Assembly (NCBI GenBank): GCA_010909165.1
Contig: VJWM01000338.1
Location: 1-52,761, forward strand
Direction of reading: 5' to 3'
DNA length: 52,761 bases
From: Anthoceros angustus
Taxonomy: Eukaryota; Plantae; Anthocerotophyta
A program made the position numbers and the translations under genes. This document shows positions 49,039 through 52,761 of this stretch, in pieces. Numbering within the stretch: position 1 is the first letter of the stretch; each line of letters begins with the position of its first letter. The notes below the pieces were generated by a model that was given only the letters and a program-made list of their open reading frames with translations, was not told where the DNA came from and made no database searches.

Positions 49039-50590
49039 TATTAGGGCACTCTTCACTAAGGCACCTAGGACTTAATAATTAATTTAGTCCTTAGGGCTCT
49101 AGGTAGTTTCTTTTAGTAGTTATTTAATTGGTTAGTTGTTACAACAACCTTGCCTACATAAAGGCATGAACTTCCTATTATGAATCAATGCAACACATAT
49201 TACTTGAGCTTGTGTATGATTCTCATCATGGTATCAGAGCACACTTGCTCTTTATTTGCTTGTGCATCCTCATGCATCTAAGTAGCTTATCTAGGAGATA
49301 CTTTCTAATCTAGCATTTGCCTAGATGGATTGTGTTTATCCTAGAATTGCTACTTTTGCATGCATTCTTTTTATGCTAACATTTCTCTTCTAACAATGCT
49401 TTTATGCACTAATTCTTTGTCCTTCCTCCATGGATTTGTGTTCCTTAGAAGGAGAAGGCATAGAGTTAAGAAGAGAAGTAGTCTGCAAGACAACAAGAAC
49501 AAATTAGGAGCCCAACACATAGAAGCAATAGAAGACAACAAGCTATAGAGGGAGAGATAGAAACCTCCTCTTGTATAGCAAACTTCATTGCATCTATTTT
49601 AATTTCTAAACCGGATCAAGGGAAGTTTATCAAGCTAGCTAGACGTGATTTGCTAGAAGTTTTTAGTCCAATTCACGCCAAGGCATTAGAATTAGCTCTC
49701 CAACATATCCCAAATTTGAATGCCGGGTATTAGTACTCCTTTATCTTCTAGTCTGCAAGACAAAAATAGCATAGAAACTCTTAGATTTCAAGAAATTGAT
49801 AGTCAATTAGCAACTCTTAGAATCCAATCCTTTGATCTTAAGGAGAATTATCTGAATTAAGGACAAAATTGTCTATTCTCTCTAAGGTTGATAATGCGCA
49901 GAGATTTGAGAGCATGCTATCATCATCCGAATCGATTATGATGCAAGAGAAGAGTTTCGCGTGCAATAGAGAAGATGAGAGTATCTGCGAGGCCTAGTCC
50001 TCTAAATCACCTACAATGGCTGGAGTGATCAATGATGAAGAACAAACTGCTCCTAATTCCCCATTGGGTAATGATAATGCTAACACTTCATTGCATTATC
50101 ATTATGGTGACGATTTCAAAGAGAAAGATAGATTCAATGGAAGGATTATGACATCCGGGTCATTGAGAATGCGAGGAGCTTTGCGGCAAAGAGACCTTTG
50201 GGGCATCGTCGATGGATCAATTCCAAGGCCACACGCCCGATTTGAACGTGAACTTTAACCTTCCTGGGACGCCAGGGACGAGAAGGCACAAGATTTATTG
50301 GTCAGTGGACTTTCTCAATATATGGTGAGACATGTCGCACGCAAAGACCTCCAAGGATATGTGGACTCACCTTGCTCAATTATATTCATCTCGAGATGTA
50401 ATGAGTATTGTTGCAGCCTTCACGTAACCGCAACCTCTCAATGAAGGAGTCCAACACCATCGAACATCATGTTAATGCTTTTCGATTGGCACGATCTCAT
50501 TTGGAATCTTCAATCATGTATCTCATGGAGGCTTACGTCATTCTCTTATTTTCTTTGCCACCTTCTTATAGGCCTTCATTACAACTCAAA
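49039..50590 (+). mobile_element. Ty1/Copia 5' end: LTR, PBS(tRNA-iMet), decayed gag
   Basis: ..TCA followed by TGGTATCAGAGC at 49229-49240; KDRFNG..LRQRDLWGIVDGSIPRP. Confidence 0.85.
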
Positions 50591-51300
50591 ATGCGTTGAT
50601 TGTTAAATATATCTGCAATTAGCTAGAACACCTAGGCTAGAGAGCAAGACTCAAAACGAATGTTTTATAAATGAATAAAGATGTCCTTATATACAAAATT
50701 GTAAGTGTCTTGAGTTAGATAAACTAACTCGTGATTAATCTATCTTGAGTAAATTAGTGTTGGGTTTAATCCCCCAACACTCCCACTAAACCCAAACGAG
50801 GTTTACACACTTTACTCCGCACAGGCAACAATCATTTAGAAGCATTACGCCCCAGCTACCAATTGAGTGACAAAGTACATCACATGGAGCTCCTGACCGC
50901 GTTCCTCTTATGTTGCGCATATGGGCCGCTAAAAGATATAAACTTCTCTACGCCACCCTAATTGTGTGCCTTCTTCTGAAGGGCATGCTCAAATATGGCA
51001 TTTCAATGCCCATCAAAAACCCCATTCCGCGTACATTCACGTCAAAAGCCGCTTAATGTATATTCAGCCGCTTCAAATATTATCGTGTTGGAGAGCGAGT
51101 TCTTCCGACATACTCAAAAATGGCATATCGCTTAGGTGGATTTATTTCGACTAGGGAGGATCAAATCTCTATTGCAGATGCCATCATATCGACCCTACGA
51201 CACTGCTTTGTGAGCACATCATCAAGCCTCGTGGTTGGGCAACAGAGAGATGTGCAACATCCAAAGTACAAAAGTACACACCTATGCAGACGGCCATGCC
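50590..51300 (-). mobile_element. Ty1/Copia 3' end: RT/RNase H remnant, PPT and start of LTR
   Basis: Degenerate KST..Y and AEYI motifs; AGTGGGAG|TGTTG junction at 50787-50775; LTR unlike that at 49039. Confidence 0.7.
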
Positions 51301-51329
51301 TTCATCCCCTCGGCATTGAGACCCACCGG

Positions 51330-52130
51330 TCATGGGCAAAAGATTTCGGACGGATCATGAAGGATTGTGCAAAGCCTACCATGGTGCCAAGAGGGCACCC
51401 GGGGTCCCCTTATCTCATGTTGTTGCCGAGTCGCACGGATACTTCTTGGTAGATGGCCCATGTTGAAAGTAGAGGTTAGATGGAGAACCATAAAAGAGCG
51501 GACAAATGGAATAAGACTTGCCAATTGCCCGCCCGCATCCTTGAGCTCCGTAAAAATAGCCATCCTAAAGAGTGTTGAAAGCGTTCGGCGTCCATTTGGA
51601 GGGCGACCCAACTGGATGAGACTCCAAACCGCCTCGACTCTAAACGCCACTGCCAAATTTCTAGAGTGGCAATCCCATTGATGGGGCAAAGGTGCTCTTG
51701 GAACTGCCCCCGGAGTTGAATGGCAATGCTGCGGCTTATGAGGCGCAAGAACTCCTCCCGAACGGCGATAGGGCACACCCAGGTATTGGCTTCTCCAAAG
51801 CCAGTATTCTACTGGCACCCAACACATGAGAAATCCGGTGGGGGGTCACTCCCCTCGCAACGAGCGCCGCTAGAATAAAAAGCTCCGAAAAACCACTAGA
51901 AGGATCCTCGGGAGCAAAATAATCCCGAAGGTGGTCATAGACTGTCCCAGACAGACCACCCGAAGAAAGCCGTGGGGCAGTGGTAAGGGCCCTGTCGAAG
52001 ACTGCCTTGTCAAGACAAAAAGGCTCCTCCACCACGTAATCTAGGATATCCAGTGGAATGAGGTCACATGGGCCGGATGAAGGGCGCGGAGAGTAGCAAT
52101 GGTCTCCTCGGAGGCTAGCGCCATCAGCTT
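51330..52130 (-). mobile_element. CRE-like non-LTR RT fragment (N-terminal half)
   Basis: APRLSSGGLSGTVYDHLRD.F.PEDPSSGF, LGASRILALEKP, PIAV.EEFLRLISR, WVALQMD, PFVRSF, LYFQHG, degenerate QGDP. Confidence 0.8.
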
Positions 52131-52374
52131 TGGGCGAAGAGCTCAGGTAGCCCTGGCATATTCCCTAGCACGGCCCAGCATGAGGCATCTCTGAAGTCAC
52201 GCCTTGGTGGGGTCTGGACGGACGTGATCCACCTTACGACTCCCTAGACCTCCGACGCCCCTTGCCTCCCTCCCTCTGCAGCCTCCCATTCCCCCGGCCG
52301 AACTGACAGACAGTGCAGCCACCTCCCTATGTCCTAAAAGACCACTGAGGCTAAGACACCGAGGAGAAAGAGAA

Positions 52375-52474
52375 ACAAAGTCCAAGCCACCACAAAGTCC
52401 AAGCCACCACAAAGTCCAAGCCACCTCGTCACAAAGTCCAAGCCACCTCGTCACAAAGTCCAAGCCACCTCGTC
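52375..52474. repeat. Tandem repeat, 5 units (17,17,22,22,22 bp)
   Basis: ACAAAGTCCAAGCCACC(TCGTC). Confidence 0.95.
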
Positions 52475-52510
52475 CCTGGATTGAACGTGAGGCTCTCCAT
52501 GGGAAGCCGG

Positions 52511-52761
52511 GTGAATGGTTTTGTTGATGTCGAAGATGTTGCAAAAGCAGCAGTACTGATGATGGAGTCAACAATCAATGGAAAAGATTTATCGTAAATG
52601 GTGATAACTGGTCGTTCAGACAGGTCTTTAATACCATCGCTGATGGATTCAATAAAAACGTCCTTCAATCGAAGCAACCCCTTTCTTTCGGACTGGCATG
52701 GAGATTGGAGAAATTAAAAGCGTTGTTCGGCAAAAGATCCTGTTAACAAAAGAAAGTGCAA
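52511..52761 (+). other. Bacterial-like NAD-dependent epimerase/dehydratase (extended SDR) C-terminal fragment running off the window
   Basis: After adjusting single-base indels, mostly in A runs: VNGFVDVEDVAKAAVLMMESTINGKRFIVNGDNWSFRQVFNTIADGFNKKRP..EATPF.GLAWRLEKLK..LLTKESA; no introns, abrupt drop in GC. Confidence 0.7.

Noticed and set aside
48570-52130. Single CRE element split by an inversion
   Set aside because: The two RT pieces appear to overlap in protein coordinates around the FPS/DD region and the enclosed Copia LTRs differ, so independent copies are simpler

Overview
Eukaryotic, TE-saturated window, most likely from a non-seed land plant (inference from the mix of a plastid-targeted class II diterpene synthase, a CYP71-clan P450, and Copia, CRE-like, Sola-like and MULE elements). 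Only one gene looks intact: a 5-exon P450 (18845-21073, +). It lies head-to-head, 2.26 kb apart, with a class II diterpene cyclase (16586->~15230, -) that has frameshifts and is cut off by a CRE-like retroelement. Together they look like a terpene synthase-P450 biosynthetic pair, and both enzymes carry non-canonical active-site residues. Their shared promoter holds an 879-bp MULE with a 9-bp TSD and a perfect 6x40-bp tandem array. The rest is decayed mobile DNA: at least five partial copies of a large DUF7869/Sola-like DNA-transposon family (intron-containing transposase, long downstream extension, characteristic terminal modules), a Sola2 transposase, an RTE/RTEX-like LINE, three CRE-like and three Copia fragments. 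Among them are two divergent pseudogene copies of a bacterial-type beta-class N4C/N6A DNA methyltransferase, one preceded by a ParB-like motif; this is the most unexpected signal. The last ~250 bp look like a bacterial NAD-dependent epimerase (chimeric join or HGT). Many frameshifts fall in homopolymers, so some apparent pseudogenisation may be long-read error. All family calls come from manual motif recognition; no searches were run, and boundaries of decayed elements are approximate.
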